Assembly (NCBI GenBank): GCA_040954595.2
Contig: CM082592.2
Location: 9,783,677-9,847,676, forward strand
DNA length: 64,000 nt
Reading direction: 5' to 3'
DNA from: Balanoglossus misakiensis
Lineage: Eukaryota; Animalia; Hemichordata
The notes under the pieces were generated by a model. It searched no databases. It saw only the letters and a program-made list of their open reading frames with translations, and was not told the DNA's origin. Below are positions 1 to 13,835 of this stretch, in pieces (positions within the stretch are counted from its first letter, which is position 1; each line of letters begins with the position of its first letter). The position numbers and the translations under genes were made by a program.

Positions 1-3000
1 ATTTTCAAAATTTGGTCATTTTTTGAAAAAACCATGGGTTATAGCTCAGGAAAATGTTGAAAAATCGGCCATTTTTCGACTTTGCGAATTTTCAAAATTT
101 GGTCATTTTTTTTTAAAATCCATGGGTTATAGCTCAGGAAAATGTTGAAAAATCGACCATTTTTCGACTTTGCGAATTTTCAAAATTTGGTCATTTTTTG
201 AAAAAACCATGGGTTATAGCTCAGGAAAATGTTGAAAAATCAACCATTTTTCGACTTTGCGAATTTTCAAAATTTGGTCATTTTTTGAAAAAACCATGGG
301 TTATAGCTCAGGAAAATGTTGAAAAATCGACCATTTTTCGACTTTGCGAATTTTCAAAATTTGGTCATTTTTTTGAAAAATCCATGGGTTATAGCTCAGG
401 AAATGTTGAAAAATCGACCATTTTTCGACTTTGCGAATTTTCAAAATTTGGTCATTTTTTGAAAAAACCATGGGTTATAGCTCAGGAAAATGTTGAAAAA
501 TCGACCATTTTTCGACTTTGCGAATTTTCAAAATTTGGTCATTTTTTGAAAAAACCATGGGTTATAGCTCAGGAAAATGTTGAAAAATCGACCATTTTTC
601 GACTTTGCGAATTTTCAAAATTTGGTCATTTTTTGAAAAAACCATGGGTTATAGCTAAGGAAAATGTTGAAAAATCGACCATTTTTCGACTTTGCGAATT
701 TTCAAAATTTGGTCATTTTTTTGAAAAATCCATGGGTTATAGCTCAGGAAAATGTTGAAAAATCGACCATTTTTCGACTTTGCGAATTTTCAAAATTTGG
801 TCATTTTTTGAAAAAACCATGGGTTATAGCTCAGGAAAATGTTGAAAAATCGACCATTTTTCGACTTTGCGAATTTTCAAAATTTGGTCATTTTTTGAAA
901 AAACCATGGGTTATAGGTCAGGAAAATGTTGAAAAATCGACCATTTTTCGACTTTGCGAATTTTCAAAATTTGGTCATTTTTTGAAAAACCATGGGTTAT
1001 AGCTCAGGAAAATGTTGAAAAATCGACCATTTTTCGACTTTGCGAATTTTCAAAATTTGGTCATTTTTTGAAAAAACCATGGGTTATAGGTCAGGAAAAT
1101 GTTGAAAAATCGACCATTTTTCGACTTTGCGAATTTTCAAAATTTGTCATTTTTTTGAAAAATCCATGGGTTATAGCTCAGGAAAATGTTGAAAAATCGA
1201 CCATTTTTCGACTTTGCGAATTTTCAAAATTTGGTCATTTTTTGAAAAATCCATGGGTTATAGACTCAGGAAAATGTTGAAAAATCGACCATTTTTCGAC
1301 TTTGCGAATTTTCAAAATTTGGTCATTTTTTGAAAAATCCATGGGTTATAGCTCAGGAAAATGTTGAAAAATCGACCATTTTTCGACTTTGCGAATTTTC
1401 AAAATTTGGTCATTTTTTGAAAAAACCATGGGTTATAGCTCAGGAAAATGTTGAAAAATCGACCATTTTTCGACTTTGCGAATTTTCAAATTTGGTCATT
1501 TTTTGAAAAAACCATGGTTATAGCTCAGGAAAATGTTGAAAAATCGACCATTTTTCGACTTTGCGAATTTTCAAAATTTGGTCATTTTTTGAAAAAACCA
1601 TGGGTTATAGCTCAGGAAAATGTTGAAAAATCGACCATTTTTCGACTTTGCGAATTTTCAAAATTTGGTCATTTTTTGAAAAAACCATGGGTTATAGCTC
1701 AGGAAAATGTTGAAAAATCGACCATTTTTCGACTTTGCGAATTTTCAAAATTTGGTCATTTTTTTGAAAAATCCATGGGTTATAGCTCAGGAAAATGTTG
1801 AAAAATCGACCATTTTTCGACTTTGCGAATTTTCAAAATTTGGTCATTTTTTGAAAAAACCATGGGTTATAGCTCAGGAAAATGTTGAAAAATCGACCAT
1901 TTTTCGACTTTGCGAATTTTCAAAATTTGGTCATTTTTTGAAAAAACCATGGGTTATAGCTCAGGAAAATGTTGAAAAATCGACCATTTTTCGACTTTGC
2001 GAATTTTCAAAATTTGGTCATTTTTTTTAAAATCCATGGGTTATAGCTCAGGAAAATGTTGAAAAATCGACCATTTTTCGACTTTGCGAATTTTCAAAAT
2101 TTGGTCATTTTTTGAAAAAACCATGGGTTATAGCTCAGGAAAATGTTGAAAAATCAACCATTTTTCGACTTTGCGAATTTTCAAAATTTGGTCATTTTTT
2201 GAAAAAACCATGGGTTATAGCTCAGGAAAATGTTGAAAAATCGACCATTTTTCGACTTTGCGAATTTTCAAAATTTGGTCATTTTTTTGAAAAATCCATG
2301 GGTATAGCTCAGGAAAATGTTGAAAAATCGACCATTTTTTCGACTTTGCGAATTTTCAAAATTTGGTCATTTTTTGAAAAAACCATGGGTTATAGCTCAG
2401 GAAAATGTTGAAAAATCGACCATTTTTCGACTTTGCGAATTTTCAAAATTTGGTCATTTTTTGAAAAAACCATGGGTTATAGCTAAGGAAAATGTTGAAA
2501 AATCGACCATTTTTCGACTTTGCGAATTTTCAAAATTTGGTCATTTTTTTTGAAAAATCCATGGGTTATAGCTCAGGAAAATGTTGAAAAATCGACCATT
2601 TTTCGACTTTTTCGAATTTTCAAAATTTGGTCATTTTTTGAAAAAACCATGGGTTATAGCTCAGGAAAATGTTGAAAAATCGACCATTTTTCGACTTTGC
2701 GAATTTTCAAAATTTGGTCATTTTTTGAAAAAACCATGGGTTATAGGTCAGGAAAATGTTGAAAAATCGACCATTTTTCGACTTTGCGAATTTTCAAAAT
2801 TTGGTCATTTTTTGAAAAAACCATGGGTTATAGCTCAGGAAAATGTTGAAAAATCGACCATTTTTCGACTTTGCGAATTTTCAAAATTTGGTCATTTTTT
2901 TGAAAAATCCATGGGTTATAGCTCAGGAAAATGTTGAAAATCGACCATTTTTCGACTTTGCGAATTTTCAAAATTTGGTCATTTTTTGAAAAATCCATGG

Positions 3001-6000
3001 GTTATAGCTCAGGAAAATGTTGAAAAATCGACCATTTTTCGACTTTGCGAATTTTCAAATTTGGTCATTTTTTGAAAAATCCATGGGTTATAGCTCAGGA
3101 AAATGTTGAAAAATCGACCATTTTTCGACTTTGCGAATTTTCAAAATTTGGTCATTTTTTGAAAAACCATGGGTTATAGCTCAGGAAAATGTTGAAAAAT
3201 CGACCATTTTCGACTTTGCGAATTTTCAAAATTTGGTCATTTTTTGAAAAAACCATGGGTTATAGCTCAGGAAAATGTTGAAAAATCGACCATTTTTCGA
3301 CTTTGCGAATTTTCAAAATTTGGTCATTTTTTGAAAAAACCATGGGTTATAGCTCAGGAAAATGTTGAAAAATCGACCATTTTTCGACTTTGCGAATTTT
3401 CAAAATTTGGTCATTTTTTGAAAAAACCATGGGTTATAGCTCAGGAAAATGTTGAAAAATCGACCATTTTTCGACTTTGCGAATTTTCAAAATTTGGTCA
3501 TTTTTTTGAAAAATCCATGGGTTATAGCTCAGGAAAATGTTGAAAAATCGACCATTTTTCGACTTTGCGAATTTTCAAAATTTGGTCATTTTTTGAAAAA
3601 ACCATGGGTTATAGCTCAGGAAAATGTTGAAAAATCGACCATTTTTCGACTTTGCGAATTTTCAAAATTTGGTCATTTTTTGAAAAAAACCATGGGTTAT
3701 AGCTCAGGAAAATGTTGAAAAATCGACCATTTTTCGACTTTGCGAATTTTCAAAATTTGGTCATTTTTTTTTAAAATCCATGGGTTATAGCTCAGGAAAA
3801 TGTTGAAAAATCGACCATTTTTCGACTTTGCGAATTTTCAAAATTTGGTCATTTTTTGAAAAAACCATGGGTTATAGCTCAGGAAAATGTTGAAAAATCA
3901 ACCATTTTTCGACTTTGCGAATTTTCAAAATTTGGTCATTTTTTGAAAAAACCATGGGTTATAGCTCAGGAAAATGTTGAAAAATCGACCATTTTTCGAC
4001 TTTGCGAATTTTCAAAATTTGGTCATTTTTGAAAAAACCATGGGTTATAGCTCAGGAAAATGTTGAAAAATCGACCATTTTTCGACTTTGCGAATTTTCA
4101 AAATTTGGTCATTTTTTGAAAAAACCATGGGTTATAGGTCAGGAAAATGTTGAAAAATCGACCATTTTTCGACTTTGCGAATTTCAAAATTTGGTCATTT
4201 TTTTGAAAAATCCATGGGTTATAGCTCAGGAAAATGTTGAAAAATCGACCATTTTTCGACTTTGCGAATTTTCAAAATTTGGTCATTTTTTGAAAAACCA
4301 TGGGTTATAGCTCAGGAAAATGTTGAAAAATCGACCATTTTTCGACTTTGCGAATTTTCAAAATTTGGTCATTTTTTGAAAAAACCATGGGTTATAGCTA
4401 AGGAAAATGTTGAAAAATCGACCATTTTTCGACTTTGCGAATTTTCAAAATTTGGTCATTTTTTTGAAAAATCCATGGGTTATAGCTCAGGAAAATGTTG
4501 AAAAATCGACCATTTTTCGACTTTGCGAATTTTCAAAATTTGGTCATTTTTTGAAAAATCCATGGGTTATAGCTCAGGAAAATGTTGAAAAATCGACCAT
4601 TTTTCGACTTTGCGAATTTTCAAATTTGGTCATTTTTTGAAAAAACCATGGGTTATAGCTCAGGAAAATGTTGAAAAATCGACCATTTTTCGACTTTGCG
4701 AATTTTCAAAATTTGGTCATTTTTTGAAAAAACCATGGGTTATAGCTCAGGAAAATGTTGAAAAATCGACCATTTTTCGACTTTGCGAATTTTCAAAATT
4801 TGGTCATTTTTTGAAAAAACCATGGGTTATAGCTCAGGAAAATGTTGAAAAATCGACCATTTTTCGACTTTGCGAATTTTCAAAATTTGGTCATTTTTTG
4901 AAAAAACCATGGGTTATAGCTCAGGAAAATGTTGAAAAATCGACCATTTTTCGACTTTGCGAATTTTCAAAATTTGGTCATTTTTTGAAAAAACCATGGG
5001 TTATAGCTCAGGAAAATGTTGAAAAATCGACCATTTTTCGACTATGCGAATTTTCAAAATTTGGTCATTTTTTTGAAAAATCCATGGGTTATAGCTCAGG
5101 AAAATGTTGAAAAATCGACCATTTTTCGACTTTGCGAATTTTCAAAATTTGGTCATTTTTTGAAAAAACCATGGGTTATAGCTCAGGAAAATGTTGAAAA
5201 ATCGACCATTTTTCGACTTTGCGAATTTTCAAAATTTGGTCATTTTTTGAAAAAACCATGGGTTATAGCTCAGGAAAATGTTGAAAAATCGACCATTTTT
5301 CGACTTTGCGAATTTTCAAATTTGGTCATTTTTTTGAAAAATCCATGGGTTATAGCTCAGGAAAATGTTGAAAAATCGACCATTTTTCGACTTTGCGAAT
5401 TTTCAAAATTTGGTCATTTTTTGAAAAAACCATGGGTTATAGCTCAGGAAAATGTTGAAAAATCGACCATTTTTCGACTTTGCGAATTTTCAAAATTTGG
5501 TCATTTTTTGAAAAAACCATGGGTTATAGGTCAGGAAAATGTTGAAAAATCGACCATTTTTCGACTTTTGCGATTTTCAAAATTTGGTCATTTTTTGAAA
5601 AAACCATGGGTTATAGCTCAGGAAAATGTTGAAAAATCGACCATTTTTCGACTTTGCGAATTTTCAAAATTTGGTCATTTTTTGAAAAAACCATGGGTTA
5701 TAGGTCAGGAAAATGTTGAAAAATCGACCATTTTTCGACTTTGCGAATTTTCAAAATTTGGTCATTTTTTGAAAAACCATGGGTTATAGGTCAGGAAAAT
5801 GTTGAAAAATCGACCATTTTTCGACTTTGCGAATTTTCAAAATTTGGTCATTTTTTGAAAAAACCATGGGTTATAGCTCAGGAAAATGTTGAAAAATCGA
5901 CCATTTTTCGACTTTGCGAATTTTCAAAATTTGGTCATTTTTTGAAAAAACCATGGGTTATAGGTCAGGAAAATGTTGAAAATTCGACCATTTTTCGACT

Positions 6001-9000
6001 TTGCGAATTTTCAAAATTTGGTCATTTTTTTGAAAAATCCATGGGTTATAGCTCAGGAAAATGTTGAAAAATCGACCATTTTTCGACTTTGCGAATTTTC
6101 AAAATTTGGTCATTTTTTGAAAAATCCATGGGTTATAGCTCAGGAAAATGTTGAAAAATCGACCATTTTTCGACTTTGCGAATTTTCAAAATTTGGTCAT
6201 TTTTTGAAAAATCCATGGGTTATAGCTCAGGAAAATGTTGAAAAATCGACCATTTTTCGACTTTGCGAATTTTCAAAATTTGGTCATTTTTTGAAAAAAC
6301 CATGGGTTATAGCTCAGGAAAATGTTGAAAAATCGACCATTTTTCGACTTTGCGAATTTTCAAAATTTGGTCATTTTTTTGAAAAATCCATGGGTTATAG
6401 CTCAGGAAAATGTTGAAAAATCGACCATTTTTCGACTTTGCGAATTTTCAAAATTTGGTCATTTTTTGAAAAAACCATGGGTTATAGCTCAGGAAAATGT
6501 TGAAAAATCGACCATTTTTCGACTTTGCGAATTTCAAAATTTGGTCATTTTTTGAAAAAACCATGGGTTATAGCTCAGGAAAATGTTGAAAAATCGACCA
6601 TTTTTCGACTTTGCGAATTTTCAAAATTTGGTCATTTTTTGAACAAACCATGGGTTATAGCTCAGGAAAATGTTTAAAAATCGACCATTTTTCGACTTTG
6701 CGAATTTTCAAAATTTGGTCATTTTTTGAAAAAACCATGGGTTATAGCTCAGGAAAATGTTGAAAAATCGACCATTTTTCGACTTTGCGAATTTTCAAAA
6801 TTTGGTCATTTTTTGAAAAAACCATGGGTTATAGCTCAGGAAAATGTTTAAAAATCGACCATTTTTCGACTTTGCGAATTTTCAAAATTTGGTCATTTTT
6901 TGAAAAAACCATGGGTTATAGCTCAGGAAAATGTTGAAAAATCGACCATTTTTCGACTTTGCGAATTTTCAAAATTTGGTCATTTTTTGAAAAAACCATG
7001 GGTTATAGCTCAGGAAAATGTTGAAAAATCGACCATTTTTCGACTTTGCGAATTTTCAAAATTTGGTCATTTTTTGAAAAAACCATGGGTTATAGCTCAG
7101 GAAAATGTTGAAAAATCGACCATTTTTCGACTTTGCGAATTTTCAAAATTTGGTCATTTTTTGAAAAATCCATGGGTTATAGCTCAGGAAAATGTTGAAA
7201 AATCGACCATTTTTCGACTTTGCGAATTTTCAAAATTTGGTCATTTTTTGAAAAAACCATGGGTTATAGCTCAGGAAAATGTTGAAAAATCGACCATTTT
7301 TCGACTTTGCGAATTTTCAAAATTTGGTCATTTTTTGAAAAAACCATGGGTTATAGCTCAGGAAAATGTTGAAAAATCGACCATTTTTCGACTTTGCGAA
7401 TTTTCAAAATTTGGTCATTTTTTTGAAAAATCCATGGGTTATAGCTCAGGAAAATGTTGAAAAATCGACCATTTTTCGACTTTGCGAATTTTCAAAATTT
7501 GGTCATTTTTTGAAAAAACCATGGGTTATAGCTCAGGAAAATGTTGAAAAATCGACCATTTTTCGACTTTGCGAATTTTCAAAATTTGGTCATTTTTTGA
7601 AAAAACCATGGGTTATAGCTCAGGAAAATGTTGAAAAATCGACGATTTTTCGACTTTGCGAATTTTCAAAATTTGGTCATTTTTTGAAAAAACCATGGGT
7701 TATAGCTCAGGAAAATGTTGAAAAATCGACCATTTTTCGACTTTGCGAATTTTCAAAATTTTGTCATTTTTTGAAAAAACCATGGGTTATAGCTCAGGAA
7801 AATGTTGAAAAATCGACCATTTTTCGACTTTGCGAATTTTCAAAATTTGGTCATTTTTTTGAAAAATCCATGGGTTATAGCTCTGGAAAATGTTGAAAAA
7901 TCGACCATTTTTCGACTTTGCGAATTTTCAAAATTTGGTCATTTTTTGAAAAAACCATGGGTTATAGCTCAGGAAAATGTTGAAAAATCGACCATTTTTC
8001 GACTTTGCGAATTTTCAAAATTTGGTCATTTTTTGAAAAAACCATGGGTTATAGCTCAGGAAAATGTTGAAAAATCGACCATTTTTCGACTTTGCGAATT
8101 TTCAAAATTTGGTCATTTTTTGAAAAAACCATGGGTTATAGCTCAGGAAAATGTTGAAAAATCGACCATTTTTCGACTTTGCGAATTTTCAAAATTTGGT
8201 CATTTTTTGAAAAAACCATGGGTTATAGCTAAGGAAAATGTTGAAAAATCGACCATTTTTCGACTTTGCGAATTTTCAAAATTTGGTCATTTTTTTGAAA
8301 AATCCATGGGTTATAGCTCAGGAAAATGTTGAAAAATCGACCATTTTTCGACTTTGCGAATTTTCAAAATTTGGTCATTTTTTGAAAAATCCATGGGTTA
8401 TAGCTCAGGAAAATGTTGAAAAATCGACCATTTTTCGACTTTGCGAATTTTCAAAATTTGGTCATTTTTTGAAAAAACCATGGGTTATAGCTCAGGAAAA
8501 TGTTGAAAAATCGACCATTTTTCGACTTTGCGAATTTTCAAAATTTGGTCATTTTTTGAAAAAACCATGGGTTATAGCTCAGGAAAATGTTTAAAAATCG
8601 ACCATTTTTCGACTTTGCGAATTTTCAAAATTTGGTCATTTTTTGAAAAAACCATGGGTTATAGCTCAGGAAAATGTTGAAAAATCGACCATTTTTCGAC
8701 TTTGCGAATTTTCAAAATTTGGTCATTTTTTGAAAAAACCATGGGTTATAGCTCAGGAAAATGTTGAAAAATCGACCATTTTTCGACTTTGCGAATTTTC
8801 AAAATTTGGTCATTTTTTGAAAAAACCATGGGTTATAGCTCAGGAAAATGTTGAAAAATCGACCATTTTTCGACTTTGCGAATTTTCAAAATTTGGTCAT
8901 TTTTTGAAAAAACCATGGGTTATAGCTCAGGAAAATGTTGAAAAATCGACCATTTTTCGACTTTGCGAATTTTCAAAATTTGGTCATTTTTTGAAAAAAC

Positions 9001-12000
9001 CATGGGTTATAGCTCAGGAAAATGTTGAAAAATCGACCATTTTTCGACTTTGCGAATTTTCAAAATTTGGTCATTTTTTGAAAAAACCATGGGTTATAGC
9101 TCAGGAAAATGTTGAAAAATCGACCATTTTTCGACTTTGCGAATTTTCAAAATTTGGTCATTTTTTGAAAAAACCATGGGTTATAGCTCAGGAAAATGTT
9201 GAAAAATCGACCATTTTTCGACTTTGCGAATTTTCAAAATTTGGTCATTTTTTGAAAAAACCATGGGTTATAGCTCAGGAAAATGTTGAAAAATCGACCA
9301 TTTTTCGACTTTGCGAATTTTCAAAATTTGGTCATTTTTTGAAAAAACCATGGGTTATAGCTCAGGAAAATGTTGAAAAATCGACCATTTTTCGACTTTG
9401 CGAATTTTCAAAATTTGGTCATTTTTTGAAAAAACCATGGGTTATAGCTCAGGAAAATGTTGAAAAATCGACCATTTTTCGACTTTGCGAATTTTCAAAA
9501 TTTGGTCATTTTTGGAAAAAACCATGGGTTATAGCTCAGGAAAATGTTTAAAAATCGACCATTTTTCGACTTTGCGAATTTTTAAAATTTGGTCATTTTT
9601 TGAAAAAAACATGGGTTATAGCTCAGGAAAATGTTGAAAAATCGACCATATTTCGACTTTGCGAATTTTCAAAATTTGGTCATTTTTTGAAAAAACCATG
9701 GGTTATAGCTCAGGAAAATGTTGAAAAATCGACCATTTTTCGACTTTGCGAATTTTCAAAATTTGGTCATTTTTTGAAAAAACCATGGGTTATAGCTCAG
9801 GAAAATGTTGAAAAATCGACCATTTTTCGACTTTGCGAATTTTCAAAATTTGGTCATTTTTTGAAAAAACCATGGGTTATAGCTCAGGAAAATGTTGAAA
9901 AATCGACCATTTTTCGACTTTGCGAATTTTCAAAATTTGGTCATTTTTTGAAAAAACCATGGGTTATAGCTCAGGAAAATGTTGAAAAATCGACCATTTT
10001 TCGACTTTGCGAATTTTCAAAATTTGGTCATTTTTTGAAAAAACCATGGGTTATAGCTCAGGAAAATGTTGAAAAATCGACCATTTTTCGACTTTGCGAA
10101 TTTTCAAAATTTGGTCATTTTTTGAAAAAACCATGGGTTATAGCTCAGGAAAATGTTGAAAAATCGACCATTTTTCGACTTTGCGAATTTTCAAAATTTG
10201 GTCATTTTTTGAAAAAAACATGGGTTATAGCTCAGGAAAATGTTGAAAAATCGACCATTTTTCGACTTTGCGAATTTTCAAAATTTGGTCATTTTTTGAA
10301 AAAACCATGGGTTATAGCTCAGGAAAATGTTGAAAAATCGACCATTTTTCGACTTTGCGAATTTTCAAAATTTGGTCATTTTTTGAAAAAACCATGGGTT
10401 ATAGCTCAGGAAAATGTTGAAAAATCGACCATTTTTCGACTTTGCGAATTTTCAAAATTTGGTCATTTTTTGAAAAAACCATGGGTTATAGCTCAGGAAA
10501 ATGTTGAAAAATCGACCATTTTTCGACTTTGCGAATTTTCAAAATTTGGTCATTTTTTGAAAAAACCATGGGTTATAGCTCAGGAAAATGTTTAAAAATC
10601 GACCATTTTTCGACTTTGCGAATTTTCAAAATTTGGTCATTTTTTGAAAAAAACATGGGTTATAGCTCAGGAAAATGTTGAAAAATCGACCATTTTTCGA
10701 CTTTGCGAATTTTCAAAATTTGGTCATTTTTTGAAAAAACCATGGGTTATAGCTCAGGAAAATGTTTAAAAATCGACCATTTTTCGACTTTGCGAATTTT
10801 CAAAATTTGGTCATTTTTTGAAAAAACCATGGGTTATAGCTCAGGAAAATGTTGAAAAATCGACCATTTTTCGACTTTGCGAATTTTCAAAATTTGGTCA
10901 TTTTTTGAAAAAACCATGGGTTATAGCTCAGGAAAATGTTGAAAAATCGACCATTTTTCGACTTTGCGAATTTTCAAAATTTGGTCATTTTTTGAAAAAA
11001 ACATGGGTTATAGCTCAGGAAAATGTTGAAAAATCGACCATTTTTCGACTTTGCGAATTTTCAAAATTTGGTCATTTTTTGAAAAAACCATGGGTTATAG
11101 CTCAGGAAAATGTTGAAAAATCGACCATTTTTCGACTTTGCGAATTTTCAAAATTTGGTCATTTTTTGAAAAAACCATGGGTTATAGCTCAGGAAAATGT
11201 TGAAAAATCGACCATTTTTCGACTTTGCGAATTTTCAAAATTTGGTCATTTTTTGAAAAAAACATGGGTTATAGCTCAGGAAAATGTTGAAAAATCGACC
11301 ATTTTTCGACTTTGCGAATTTTCAAAATTTGGTCATTTTTTGAAAAAACCATGGGTTATAGCTCAGGAAAATGTTGAAAAATCGACCATTTTTCGACTTT
11401 GCGAATTTTCAAAATTTGGTCATTTTTTGAAAAAACCATGGGTTATAGCTCAGGAAAATGTTGAAAAATCGACCATTTTTCGACTTTGCGAATTTTCAAA
11501 ATTTGGTCATTTTTTGAAAAAACCATGGGTTATAGCTCAGGAAAATGTTGAAAAATCGACCATTTTTCGACTTTGCGAATTTTCAAAATTTGGTCATTTT
11601 TTGAAAAAAACATGGGTTATAGCTCAGGAAAATGTTGAAAAATCGACCATTTTTCGACTTTGCGAATTTTCAAAATTTGGTCATTTTTTGAAAAAACCAT
11701 GGGTTATAGCTCAGGAAAATGTTGAAAAATCGACCATTTTTCGACTTTGCGAATTTTCAAAATTTGGTCATTTTTTGAAAAAACCATGGGTTATAGCTCA
11801 GGAAAATGTTGAAAAATCGACCATTTTTCGACTTTGCGAATTTTCAAAATTTGGTCATTTTTTGAAAAAAACATGGGTTATAGCTCAGGAAAATGTTGAA
11901 AAATCGACCATTTTTCGACTTTGCGAATTTTCAAAATTTGGTCATTTTTTTGAAAAATCCATGGGTTATAGCTCAGGAAAATGTTGAAAAATCGACCATT

Positions 12001-13835
12001 TTTCGACTTTGCGAATTTTCAAAATTTGGTCATTTTTTGAAAAAACCATGGGTTATAGCTCAGGAAAATGTTGAAAAATCGACCATTTTTCGACTTTGCG
12101 AATTTTCAAAATTTGGTCATTTTTTGAAAAAACCATGGGTTATAGCTCAGGAAAATGTTGAAAAATCGACCATTTTTCGACTTTGCGAATTTTCAAAATT
12201 TGGTCATTTTTTGAAAAAAACATGGGTTATAGCTCAGGAAAATGTTGAAAAATCGACCATTTTTCGACTTTGCGAATTTTCAAAATTTGGTCATTTTTTG
12301 AAAAAACCATGGGTTATAGCTCAGGAAAATGTTGAAAAATCGACCATTTTTCGACTTTGCGAATTTTCAAAATTTGGTCATTTTTTGAAAAAACCATGGG
12401 TTATAGCTCAGGAAAATGTTGAAAAATCGACCATTTTTCGACTTTGCGAATTTTCAAAATTTGGTCATTTTTTGAAAAAACCATGGGTTATAGCTCAGGA
12501 AAATGTTGAAAAATCGACCATTTTTCGACTTTGCGAATTTTCAAAATTTGGTCATTTTTTGAAAAAACCATGGGTTATAGCTCAGGAAAATGTTGAAAAA
12601 TCGACCATTTTTCGACTTTGCGAATTTTCAAAATTTGGTCATTTTTTGAAAAAACCATGGGTTATAGCTCAGGAAAATGTTGAAAAATCGACCATTTTTC
12701 GACTTTGCGAATTTTCAAAATTTGGTCATTTTTTGAAAAAACCATGGGTTATAGCTCAGGAAAATGTTGAAAAATCGACCATTTTTCGACTTTGCGAATT
12801 TTCAAAATTTGGTCATTTTTTGAAAAAACCATGGGTTATAGCTCAGGAAAATGTTGAAAAATCGACCATTTTTCGACTTTGCGAATTTTCAAAATTTGGT
12901 CATTTTTTGAAAAAACCATGGGTTATAGCTCAGGAAAATGTTGAAAAATCGACCATTTTTCGACTTTGCGAATTTTCAAAATTTGGTCATTTTTTGAAAA
13001 AACCATGGGTTATAGCTCAGGAAAATGTTGAAAAATCGACCATTTTTCGACTTTGCGAATTTTCAAAATTTGGTCATTTTTTGAAAAAACCATGGGTTAT
13101 AGCTCAGGAAAATGTTGAAAAATCGACCATTTTTCGACTTTGCGAATTTTCAAAATTTGGTCATTTTTTGAAAAAACCATGGGTTATAGCTCAGGAAAAT
13201 GTTGAAAAATCGACCATTTTTCGACTTTGCGAATTTTCAAAATTTGGTCATTTTTTGAAAAAACCATGGGTTATAGCTCAGGAAAATGTTGAAAAATCGA
13301 CCATTTTTCGACTTTGCGAATTTTCAAAATTTGGTCATTTTTTGAAAAAACCATGGGTTATAGCTCAGGAAAATGTTTAAAAATCGACCATTTTTCGACT
13401 TTGCGAATTTTCAAAATTTGGTCATTTTTTGAAAAAACCATGGGTTATAGCTCAGGAAAATGTTGAAAAATCGACGATTTTTCGACTTTGCGAATTTTCA
13501 AAATTTGGTCATTTTTTGAAAAAACCATGGGTTATAGCTCAGGAAAATGTTGAAAAATCGACGATTTTTCGACTTTGCGAATTGTCAAAATTTGGTCATT
13601 TTTTGAAAAAACCATGGGTTATAGCTCAGGAAAATGTTAAAAAATCGACGATTTTTCGACTTTGCGAATTTTTAAAATTTGGTCATTTTTTGAAAAAACC
13701 ATGGGTTATAGCTCAGGAAAATCATCCAGAAATGACAATTTTTCGACTCTCCGAAATTTCAAAATTTCTTTATTTTTTCGAAAAAATCATGGGTTATAGC
13801 TCATGAAAATCATCCAGAAATGACAAATTTTCATA
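1..13835. repeat. 87-bp tandem satellite DNA array (about 159 monomers in window; continues off the left edge)
   Basis: Monomer AAAAAACCATGGGTTATAGCTCAGGAAAATGTTGAAAAATCGACCATTTTTCGACTTTGCGAATTTTCAAAATTTGGTCATTTTTTG is repeated head-to-tail with few variants. The last ~1.3 monomers (from ~13720) are degenerate. Confidence 0.99.

Noticed and set aside
1-6550. Many single-base homopolymer indels in the distal array as biological variants
   Set aside because: They are concentrated toward the window edge and in A/T runs, so some may be low-coverage consensus errors. They were not used as evidence.
198-13806. Long repetitive ORFs (KKPWVIAQENVEKSTIFRLCEFSKFGHFL)n
   Set aside because: 87 bp is 29 codons, so one frame stays open by chance. 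Frequent frameshifts and stops and the lack of gene structure indicate a non-coding satellite.
1-13835. CRISPR array interpretation of the repeat
   Set aside because: There are no unique spacers or cas genes, and the context is eukaryotic and intron-containing.
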